Positions 7,985-15,393 of a stretch of 20,000 nt of DNA are shown here, one piece after another. The position numbers and the translations under genes are program-made. How positions within the stretch are numbered: position 1 is the first letter of the stretch; every line of letters begins with the position of its first letter. Source of the stretch: an uncultured virus (IMG/VR IMGVR_UViG_3300027963_000042) (lineage: Duplodnaviria > Heunggongvirae > Uroviricota > Caudoviricetes); the IMG/VR virus record IMGVR_UViG_3300027963_000042, positions 117,773 through 137,772 of that record; one strand, written 5' to 3'. The notes below the pieces were generated by a model. It saw only the letters and a program-made list of their open reading frames with translations, did not search any database and was not told the origin of the DNA.

Positions 7985-8692
7985 TTAGCTAGGGAAGCAT
8001 ACCTTTAGCATAACTTCCATTACTGTACTAACATCGAGTTCACAGTACGTTTTAATGTTTTCATAGTCTTTATCAACCCAGAATGAATCATTTACTTTGG
8101 ACCCGTCCATTATTCCCTTAGGTGATTCTATACCAAGAGAACAAGAAAGAAGATCAAGGCTTAAGTATTTTTGATGTGTCCAGCTACCGAAAGCAAACAC
8201 GTCTGATGTATCAACATACGGAATCTCCCATGGCTTCTTGTCCCAGATTCTAATATTTGCTGGAGGATTGATTCCATTATAGACCATTCTTTTACCTAAG
8301 CATGGAACGTCAAATCCTTTTATATTATGACCGCACAACTTCCAATTTTTTGAAGCTGCATTATTAAGCACCTTAGCTGTTTTAGTTAGAATGTCATGTT
8401 CATCATCTCCATAAAAAGATGCGAATCTCACCTCCCCAGTATCGGTAAATGATCCAAAGGAAACACACACAACACGAGAAAATTCAGGCTCTAATCCAGC
8501 CTTTTGTTTATAGATAGCTTCTGGGTCCTCAGCAGATAATGATGGATATGCTCCAAGATAATATGCTTCCCTCTTTTTCCATAGCTGCCATAAACGGGGA
8601 TTAGCATCATGTAATGTTTCGAGATCCTTATAAAGAGCTGCGGTCTCAACATCAAAATAAAGATATTTATAAATGTCTTCTTTTTTAAACAT
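7985..8692 (-). CDS. DEDDy 3'-5' exonuclease, stand-alone PolB-exonuclease-related family (235 aa)
   Basis: ExoI YFDVETA, ExoII GHNIKGFDVPCL, ExoIII TYCELDV, plus family-typical AGLEPEFSRVVCVSFG and SLDLL..LGIESPK..MDGSKV. Confidence 0.85.
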   Translation of the reverse strand: MFKKEDIYKYLYFDVETAALYKDLETLHDANPRLWQLWKKREAYYLGAYPSLSAEDPEAIYKQKAGLEPEFSRVVCVSFGSFTDTGEVRFASFYGDDEHDILTKTAKVLNNAASKNWKLCGHNIKGFDVPCLGKRMVYNGINPPANIRIWDKKPWEIPYVDTSDVFAFGSWTHQKYLSLDLLSCSLGIESPKGIMDGSKVNDSFWVDKDYENIKTYCELDVSTVMEVMLKVCFPS

Positions 8693-8706
8693 AATTTGGT
8701 TTTTTA

Positions 8707-8714
8707 CAAAGATA
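8707..8714 (-). promoter_or_regulatory. Bacteroidota housekeeping-sigma -7 element TATCTTTG (TAnnTTTG)
   Basis: Intergenic, 14 nt upstream of the exonuclease ATG (8692). Confidence 0.6.
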
Positions 8715-8737
8715 ATAGAATATCGCGGGAATAAAAA

Positions 8738-9637
8738 TTATTTCTTCGAATTTTTATTTATTACTATAGGGGGAAGAGATTTATGATCCATTCTGTATTT
8801 TAAGCATGCATCTTCTCTTGCTGGGGATTCTATGATTACGTCTATATCCAAGCCGAATGTTGGTATCCTTCTTTTGAGGTATTCTGATTGCTTTGGTATA
8901 GATGGTATTCCATAAGCATCACATTCTTGTGACTCTGAATGTATAAATACAGGTTTTTGCCCAGCCTTCCAGGTTGAGCAGGAAAGAAAAAGGGCTTCTC
9001 TTATACTAAGTCCACCATCATTAAACTGATGTGGCAATAGCCTAAAACATATTGGAATATTAGATCTGTAGTAAATACCAGATAGAAGATCAGTAACTGA
9101 GAAAAGACTGGGTTTGTCATCATTAACAACACAAAGTTTAGAAACGACTGTACTGTCCATCTCCGATAATCTCTCACAAAAGAGATCCATAGTATTTCTT
9201 CTATTTCCATAAGCTGATCCAACTCTAACCATTATAGACGGGTAGTTAATCCCAATTAAATCCAGAATGCTAGATAGTCTGGATAGTAACGATATTGTAG
9301 AGCTCTTAATATTATCTAATTGCGTACCTAAAAAATACTCCCTGTTTATACATAGAAATATTCTGAGATCATTTTTAGTTATTGCCGAATTTATCTCGTC
9401 GATTATATTCGATACAGCGGATTCCTCCTCTATTACTTCATTAAAGAAATTTGGTGAAAATTTAAAATTACATACATCTATACATGTGATCTCTATATCG
9501 AGCTCAAGATTTAATTTTATATTATCTCTAATTACACAGAGAAACTCCTCATATGAATTTATCGGGTAGTTTATATCATATGATTCAGAGTGTGGACCTA
9601 TATAAGATAATTTCGGTGGCGTTTGTCCTAATATCAT
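8738..9637 (-). CDS. UV-damage endonuclease (UvsE/UVDE)-like TIM-barrel protein, probably catalytically inactive (299 aa)
   Basis: UvsE-like segments VGSAYGNR..TMDLFCERL, KLCVVNDDKPSLFSVTDL, IPICF..HQFNDGGLS..EAL..STW, PVFIHSES, DIDVIIES; most metal-ligand positions appear substituted. Confidence 0.7.
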   Translation of the reverse strand: MILGQTPPKLSYIGPHSESYDINYPINSYEEFLCVIRDNIKLNLELDIEITCIDVCNFKFSPNFFNEVIEEESAVSNIIDEINSAITKNDLRIFLCINREYFLGTQLDNIKSSTISLLSRLSSILDLIGINYPSIMVRVGSAYGNRRNTMDLFCERLSEMDSTVVSKLCVVNDDKPSLFSVTDLLSGIYYRSNIPICFRLLPHQFNDGGLSIREALFLSCSTWKAGQKPVFIHSESQECDAYGIPSIPKQSEYLKRRIPTFGLDIDVIIESPAREDACLKYRMDHKSLPPIVINKNSKK

Positions 9638-9687
9638 TTAATCTTTTTAAGATTGTACTGATAAAAGTATTTTTAGTTTCTGTTAAA

Positions 9688-10176
9688 TTAGCCCCCGGTT
9701 GTTTCCAGTCCTAACTCGGACGAATTATAAACAGTTTTAGAATTATATCCTTTATCAACGATTTCGCTGTTTTTGTATTTGGTTTTTGTGGAAATGTTAC
9801 CGTGTTCACCACCTTCTGCAAACTTAACTGTATTACCCTTAATCTCTATAACTCTTTCAGTCTTTTTACCTTTATTATAAACTTGAATGAAATATCTATA
9901 GCCTATATTATTAGGATTTCTGAATGCTCTAACAATAACACCAGTTACTTTGTCCTTTGAATCTAACGGTTCAGCTATTACCACATCACCTATCTTATAT
10001 TCGTCGCCCTTTACATTGGTTGGCATATTGGGGTCAGTACCGACAGAAATTGATAAATCGCTAAAAGGTTTATAGTTTATTTTTAGGACGCCATTAGCTC
10101 CTCCATAACCATAGGTATCACCAAAAGCTCCGCTTTCTCCACCAAAGTCCTCGTTTATTGATTTAATATACTTCAT
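9688..10176 (-). CDS. Hypothetical protein with SH3/KOW-like beta segment, probable virion protein (162 aa; start revised from 10206 to 10176)
   Basis: ATG at 10176 gives MKYIKSINE, removes the overlap with the upstream gene and lies 5 nt after GATAAATA (10182-10189). EYKIGDVVIAEP..KVTGVIVR is KOW/SH3-like. Confidence 0.65.
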   Translation of the reverse strand: MKYIKSINEDFGGESGAFGDTYGYGGANGVLKINYKPFSDLSISVGTDPNMPTNVKGDEYKIGDVVIAEPLDSKDKVTGVIVRAFRNPNNIGYRYFIQVYNKGKKTERVIEIKGNTVKFAEGGEHGNISTKTKYKNSEIVDKGYNSKTVYNSSELGLETTGG

Positions 10177-10180
10177 TATG

Positions 10181-10738
10181 CTATTTATCTTCGGAGGCCT
10201 CGCCATTCTGAAGCGCTAGAAGATCTTTTATTTTTGTAGCTAATTCAAAATTCTCTGTATCGATTGCTTTTTTAAGCATTGCTTCCAGTCTGATAATATC
10301 GGATTCATCCTTTGTTATATCATTTTTTTCTGTATTGCCTATTACATGAATTCTTTGTGGCGAATAAATAACTTCCAAGCTAGAATCAAATCTTATATTT
10401 AATCCCGCTTTTATATCACCTCTAGAAGGTTCATCGTCTTCATCATCATAGTCGTCATCACTTAATTCTACCCATTCCCCATTAACCCAGAATATCATCC
10501 AAGGTCCATAGAAAAGCTCGGCCACATCATTATCGATAGCATAGTTAAGCAACATCTTCAGCTCAGATTTAATGTCATTTTTATTTAAAGTATCTGAAAA
10601 TACCTTTCTCTTAATACCAGGGATTACTGATGTTCCCTCGCCTACCCCTATCTTAAAGCATTTATTAACCCCGATAATAGAGTCCCAATCCAAGCTGGAA
10701 ATAACCTTGTCAATTAGTTTATTATTCGGTTTCTTCAT
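10181..10738 (-). CDS. Hypothetical protein with acidic loop and C-terminal UVR (UvrB/UvrC) coiled-coil motif (185 aa)
   Basis: C-terminal IIRLEAMLKKAIDTENFELATKIKDLL matches the UVR pattern L..AI..E.FE.A..I.D.L; acidic run SDDDYDDEDDE. Confidence 0.65.
   Translation of the reverse strand: MKKPNNKLIDKVISSLDWDSIIGVNKCFKIGVGEGTSVIPGIKRKVFSDTLNKNDIKSELKMLLNYAIDNDVAELFYGPWMIFWVNGEWVELSDDDYDDEDDEPSRGDIKAGLNIRFDSSLEVIYSPQRIHVIGNTEKNDITKDESDIIRLEAMLKKAIDTENFELATKIKDLLALQNGEASEDK
10182..10189 (-). promoter_or_regulatory. Putative late promoter variant GATAAATA
   Basis: One mismatch from both GATATATA and T4 TATAAATA; overlaps the stop codon of the upstream gene, 5 nt before ATG 10176. Confidence 0.45.
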
Positions 10739-10751
10739 TTCTTATATATTT

Positions 10752-11171
10752 CTATTTTTGAAGCCCTGCCTGGTCTGATATATCAGATACCCAAGAAGCA
10801 TATTTAGCTGGATAAAAATTCTTAATAGTTTCTATGTCTCTTTTGGATACCCTATATTTATCTCTTATGAAAGATTCTATTAATTCTGACGCTTTAACCT
10901 CCTCTATCTTAATTCCTTCAGATTTCTTAGTCTTTGTATATAACCAAACTGGGGGTTTGGAAAACCTTGCTGAAAGAGTTCCGTGCCACCAATCTACCAC
11001 CGGTGCGGGTACGATTTTCATCTTATTGAACTGATTTGCTTGAACGGGGAATTGTATAGACATTATCCTGTTGATCATAAAAAAGTTTCTAGACTTATCT
11101 ATTTTACCAACAGCTTTCCATTCGTTTGCTTTGTTATTAAAAATAAGTTTTATAATATCAAATAATTGCAT
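10752..11171 (-). CDS. Probable clamp loader small subunit, T4 gp62-like (139 aa)
   Basis: FFMINRIMS..ANQFN..W.Y.K.KK..I..KY.VSKR pattern, size, and proximity to the gp44-like gene. Confidence 0.55.
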   Translation of the reverse strand: MQLFDIIKLIFNNKANEWKAVGKIDKSRNFFMINRIMSIQFPVQANQFNKMKIVPAPVVDWWHGTLSARFSKPPVWLYTKTKKSEGIKIEEVKASELIESFIRDKYRVSKRDIETIKNFYPAKYASWVSDISDQAGLQK

Positions 11172-11177
11172 AGTGTA

Positions 11178-12326
11178 TTATTTTAAGAAATTTTCAAATG
11201 GATCAAATCCTTTAGGCTGGACTGGGGTAACTATCCATTCTGTTCCGTCTAATATTTTTATTCTATCCAGTGTTACTGATTTTTTTTCTAGCTTAATCCC
11301 TCTTGTTGTTTCCATTTTACATGAGAAAGAAACATTCTCCGGTATCACAATGTTATCTAACCACATAAGTTTGGTATTTCTTAAAAAATTATTCTTTACC
11401 TTTATCCTATTTTCTGTGCTATCAACTCCCTTGCATATCTTTAGAATTAATGGGGATATCCAATTTAAAAAATCATCATCACCAACTAATGATTTTATCG
11501 ATAAATTTTTCCATTCCGATTCGATTAGTAAATCATAGATTTTCTCTGCACTCTTTGGGGTAAACCTAGTAATCTTTCCTGCGTTTTCAAATTCCCATAC
11601 GCTGGGTACAGAATCACCCTTGTCACCTATTAATATCTTATTGAATATAAACGGAAAGCTGTCTATCTCTTCTATATCAACTTTCTTTAAGAAATCTTTG
11701 AGTCTTTCTTTCTCGGGAGAAATAGTAGATCCCATATTAAATATGCTTACCTCACTTTTTGTTTCGTCTAGCCAATTTTTCTTCCATCCTTTAGGTACCG
11801 AAAGTACATTATTTTTAGAATTATTGTTCCAGGTTGCTGTCCAGATATCAGGCCCTTTCATTCTAGCAAGCTGATGTAAATCTTTATCACCACTTATTAT
11901 AATACAGCTTTCCCCTATATCGTTGAATTTTTCTGACCAATATAAAAGAAGATCATCGCCTTCTGCTCCCTCCACTTTAGAAAAAATAAATCCCATTTTT
12001 TCTAGGTGAGTTCCAAACGCCTGCATGAGATCAAAGAAAATTGACCAGTCTACATTTTCATCCTTTACCCTTCCCGATTTATATCCGCCATCTTCAATTT
12101 CTACGTCCTTTCTCCAACTTCTACTATCTGATGCAAAAACTAATCTTCCCCCTATAGGTAGCATCTTCAGTGATGAGCATAAATCAGTAGCAATTTTTCT
12201 AATAAACATAGATTGATCTGATTTGCTTTTCAGTACTTTCCCTGGATCTACGTTAGATCCATATCCTGCAAATACCCCAAATGTTTTATGGAATATGTAG
12301 TTGCCATCTATCAGTATATTAATCAT
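11178..12326 (-). CDS. rnh: 5'-3' exonuclease / T4 RNase H-like flap nuclease (382 aa)
   Basis: Motifs ILIDGN, D.RSWRK, YKSGR, AEGDD, ISGDKDLHQL, LIGDKGDSVP. Confidence 0.88.
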   Translation of the reverse strand: MINILIDGNYIFHKTFGVFAGYGSNVDPGKVLKSKSDQSMFIRKIATDLCSSLKMLPIGGRLVFASDSRSWRKDVEIEDGGYKSGRVKDENVDWSIFFDLMQAFGTHLEKMGFIFSKVEGAEGDDLLLYWSEKFNDIGESCIIISGDKDLHQLARMKGPDIWTATWNNNSKNNVLSVPKGWKKNWLDETKSEVSIFNMGSTISPEKERLKDFLKKVDIEEIDSFPFIFNKILIGDKGDSVPSVWEFENAGKITRFTPKSAEKIYDLLIESEWKNLSIKSLVGDDDFLNWISPLILKICKGVDSTENRIKVKNNFLRNTKLMWLDNIVIPENVSFSCKMETTRGIKLEKKSVTLDRIKILDGTEWIVTPVQPKGFDPFENFLK

Positions 12327-12846
12327 TTCCTCCTCCTATTTTTTCTAATACCTCATCTATTGTGAAGTTTGGGTTTGTTATTATACAGTCAAAATCAGAA
12401 AAGTTTTTAAAATCTTCCCTGTCTGCTTGAATTCTTCTCTCCGATTTATCTGCGTCGTTTCTTCCTGCTAGTCTTTCCCTTAATGTATGTTCGTCAATAT
12501 CGATGAACATTATAAGTGACTCTTTTCTATCTTCAGGTTTAAGTTTTTCTATTCCAGAAGGGGTCATTATAAAAAGATTAGCTCTATAGAATTCATCAAG
12601 AGACGTTCCATAGAACCAGCTATTAAATTCGACCCATTCATAAAATTCGCCCCTCCCAATCATTTCCGTAGCCTTATCGTAAGTAATAAAGTAATAATCT
12701 ACACCATTGAATTCACCCTCTCTTGGAGGTCTAGATGTATGCGAAACTGAATATATTAGATCTTTCCCCTTTAGAAGTTTAACTAAATGATCCTTCCCAG
12801 ATCCTCCTTTTCCTGCTATTATTATTCTTCTCCAACTATCTTTCAT
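12319..12846 (-). CDS. gmk: Guanylate kinase (175 aa)
   Basis: P-loop GKGGSGKD, GMP-binding signature VSHTSRPPREGEFNGVDYYF, WFYGT, LRERLAGR. Confidence 0.88.
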   Translation of the reverse strand: MKDSWRRIIIAGKGGSGKDHLVKLLKGKDLIYSVSHTSRPPREGEFNGVDYYFITYDKATEMIGRGEFYEWVEFNSWFYGTSLDEFYRANLFIMTPSGIEKLKPEDRKESLIMFIDIDEHTLRERLAGRNDADKSERRIQADREDFKNFSDFDCIITNPNFTIDEVLEKIGGGND

Positions 12847-12847
12847 A

Positions 12848-13792
12848 TCAATCGGTTAGTTTCTGTATTTGAAACACGAGTGATAATAAAGAAACAATAG
12901 GGTCTATAACTTGAGTCCTTTGAGCTTGATGTTCTGCAACCAATACGATGACAGCAGGAATTATCTTCTTTAATTCAGGTTTATTATTGATTATCCAATT
13001 TATAAACTCCTCGCCAAGTGCAGACATTACCTCATCAACCTTTCCGTTATATTCACCTACTATATTTTGATAATTTTTAACAGGATCTTTCGATGTTGTT
13101 ATGAGGGTATATAAATCCTCGTATGACCAGCCAAGCTCATTTATTTTTGCAGAATCTACTTTCTTTATACCTTCAATCATCCATGTTTGAACCTTGTTAA
13201 GAGCTGATCTAAAATCAGGATAATAATTCTTCTGAAACTCAACAAGAGATTCGGAATCTATTTCAATCCCAATTTTTCCAAGAATCAACCCTATTCTTTT
13301 ATTCCATTCTGCTTTTAATTCCTCCTCCTCGTTACTATTTACAGGGTTGAAATCAATAAGTTCAAAACGGCTTTGGATTGCATCAGGAACCTTATTGATA
13401 TAGTTACATGTAGCAATGAATCTAGCATTGCCAGCGAACTTTTCGACTGTTCCCCTTAGTGCTTTATAGAATTGGTCGGAAGCTCCGTCAAACTCATCTA
13501 AAATAACTATTTTTTTAGATGATTTTCCATCCATTACAGAAATGGTAGAACAGAAGTCATTTATTTTTACTCTGATAGTTTCTACCGAGCTCTCGTCGGA
13601 GACATTTATAAATATACTAGGATAGCCGTTAGCTAAGATTTTGGCAAGAGTTGTTTTGCCACATCCAGGAGGTCCGCTTAAAAGTACGTTATGACCTAGG
13701 CCATTCGTAAAAAGATTCGATATCCTATGAGGGAGAATCATATGCTTAAGCTCCTTTGGTCTAAGCTTTTCTGTTAAAAGTTCCTGTATCAT
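12848..13792 (-). CDS. gp44: Clamp loader AAA+ ATPase subunit, T4 gp44/RFC-like (314 aa)
   Basis: EKLRP, Walker A GPPGCGKTT, Walker B IVILDEFD, FIATCNY, arginine finger IQSRF, YPDFRSALN. Confidence 0.92.
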   Translation of the reverse strand: MIQELLTEKLRPKELKHMILPHRISNLFTNGLGHNVLLSGPPGCGKTTLAKILANGYPSIFINVSDESSVETIRVKINDFCSTISVMDGKSSKKIVILDEFDGASDQFYKALRGTVEKFAGNARFIATCNYINKVPDAIQSRFELIDFNPVNSNEEEELKAEWNKRIGLILGKIGIEIDSESLVEFQKNYYPDFRSALNKVQTWMIEGIKKVDSAKINELGWSYEDLYTLITTSKDPVKNYQNIVGEYNGKVDEVMSALGEEFINWIINNKPELKKIIPAVIVLVAEHQAQRTQVIDPIVSLLSLVFQIQKLTD

Positions 13793-13825
13793 ATTGTTTC
13801 TATAGTTAAAAAATGAAGTTGTTTC

Positions 13826-15172
13826 TTAAAATTTCGAAGAAAGATCGTCTGAAGAATCTTTGTCCTGTCTAATGTCTACAAAACGTGGTAAGAAAAGAGA
13901 TCTATTCTCGTGCTTATCTGTAATAGTGACGTTATATAAAACTGCTGCGATTTTTCCAATGTGTGAATCGGGATCTTTACTTAAAGATTGTAAATCAAGA
14001 TCAGTGAATCCTGATCCAACTTTAACATTAAGTGTCTTCGAAGCATCAGTCATAATAAATCCACCGATATAACCTTCTCTTTTACCTTCACCAGGATACC
14101 ATCCTGTAATTTCAAGGTCACATTCATTAACCTCTTTGAACTTAACCCAGGATTTGGACCTTTTGCATTCATAAGCACCGTTGTCTTTACAGATAACACC
14201 CTCGCCGCCAATATCTACGATTTTTTTATAAATTGCAGGGACTTCGCCAGGATCAGAAAGCTCCCACATCTGGGCAAGCTTAACTGGTGATTCATCGGAT
14301 AATCCATTGGTAATTTTTTCTAAAGTGTGTCTCCTATCAATATACTCTAAAACACCAACTCCTTTATCTAAGGTTACAAGTTCATCGAAATCAAAAACAT
14401 TAAATAAAAATCCACTCTCTATATTAACACTGGCTGTTCCCTTTAGTATTTGTGTCACCTTACCGCTAACTGACTTTCTATTTAAGTCTGTTAATTCGCC
14501 GTCAAAAAACCAATTACCAGATAAACCTGAGTTTATCATACAAAGTTTTAAATCGAAAGTTATCTTAGGGAAGCAAGAGGCATTAAGCTCATTGAATGCC
14601 CGGGTAAAATATGTTATCTCACCATTTTTATATACTGCAATCACACGGACGCCATCATATTTTTCCTCACAATAGATTTTGTCCCATTTATCGATTGTTG
14701 AATGATCGTCGGTAGCTAGCATTAAGGAAGGATCTGGGATTAGCTCTCTAGAAAGTGCCTTATTAATTAGCTTTGCTCCAATCCCTATGTTCATTCTCTT
14801 GGTTAATATCTTCATAAGAGTCTTGCGGAGTTCTTCGTCTTCGCTTTCAACCTCTGATAATTTAGAGGATAATAATGTTTCCGCTCTAGATCTTAGCGAA
14901 TCGTTTGCAGCGGGTGCTTTCTTTAAATCTTCAACCAAATCTTTAAACTCCTCCCATAAATTAGGATTATGCTCTTTACACTGGGGTGGGAAATTTAGCT
15001 TATGCAGCTTAGTAGTAACAAAAGGATTAAAGCATGTATCCAGGATATACTCCATTTGAGGATTTATTGACTCCTTAATTAATACCTGTTTTGCTTTTTG
15101 CGAGCCATCACCTGTTAGAGATTCTACTACCTTTAGAATCTTAATACTGTTTACCATTTCATCAAATTTCAT
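13826..15172 (-). CDS. lig: ATP-dependent DNA ligase, T4 gp30-like (448 aa)
   Basis: Motif I EEKYDGVR, III FDGEL, IIIa FNVFD, IV EGVICK, V WVKFK, VGSGFT, VI LFLPRFVDIRQDK. Confidence 0.95.
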   Translation of the reverse strand: MKFDEMVNSIKILKVVESLTGDGSQKAKQVLIKESINPQMEYILDTCFNPFVTTKLHKLNFPPQCKEHNPNLWEEFKDLVEDLKKAPAANDSLRSRAETLLSSKLSEVESEDEELRKTLMKILTKRMNIGIGAKLINKALSRELIPDPSLMLATDDHSTIDKWDKIYCEEKYDGVRVIAVYKNGEITYFTRAFNELNASCFPKITFDLKLCMINSGLSGNWFFDGELTDLNRKSVSGKVTQILKGTASVNIESGFLFNVFDFDELVTLDKGVGVLEYIDRRHTLEKITNGLSDESPVKLAQMWELSDPGEVPAIYKKIVDIGGEGVICKDNGAYECKRSKSWVKFKEVNECDLEITGWYPGEGKREGYIGGFIMTDASKTLNVKVGSGFTDLDLQSLSKDPDSHIGKIAAVLYNVTITDKHENRSLFLPRFVDIRQDKDSSDDLSSKF

Positions 15173-15189
15173 ATATTGTATATTTTCTA

Positions 15190-15197
15190 CAAATATA
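15190..15197 (-). promoter_or_regulatory. Bacteroidota housekeeping-sigma -7 element TATATTTG (TAnnTTTG)
   Basis: Intergenic, 17 nt upstream of the ligase ATG (15172); same context (TTAnnTTTGTA) as the site at 8707-8714. Confidence 0.6.
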
Positions 15198-15393
15198 ACG
15201 AATGATAACGGTTAAAAAAAATTATTCCTGATAATTTCGGAAAGAAAATTAGTACAATGGCGAAGGGTATTTAATATCTTCTATTTCACATTTTAACCAT
15301 ACTGTATTGAGTCATACGGTATATTGAAGGTGTTATGCTGATATAATGAGTAGAGTCGCTTATAACTGACTATAAGCTGTATTAAGAAAATAC

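Noticed and set aside
8664..8671. Exact T4 late box TATAAATA on the minus strand
   Set aside because: It lies inside the 5' end of the exonuclease CDS, far from any downstream start; likely chance in AT-rich DNA.
10774..10787. 14-bp perfect palindrome TCTGATATATCAGA
   Set aside because: Single copy within a coding region (codons S-D-I-S-D); no other support for an operator.
15339..15347. Extended -10 TGATATAAT on the plus strand
   Set aside because: It points antisense into portal B with no ORF, has no properly spaced -35, and the inferred Bacteroidota host uses a different promoter consensus.
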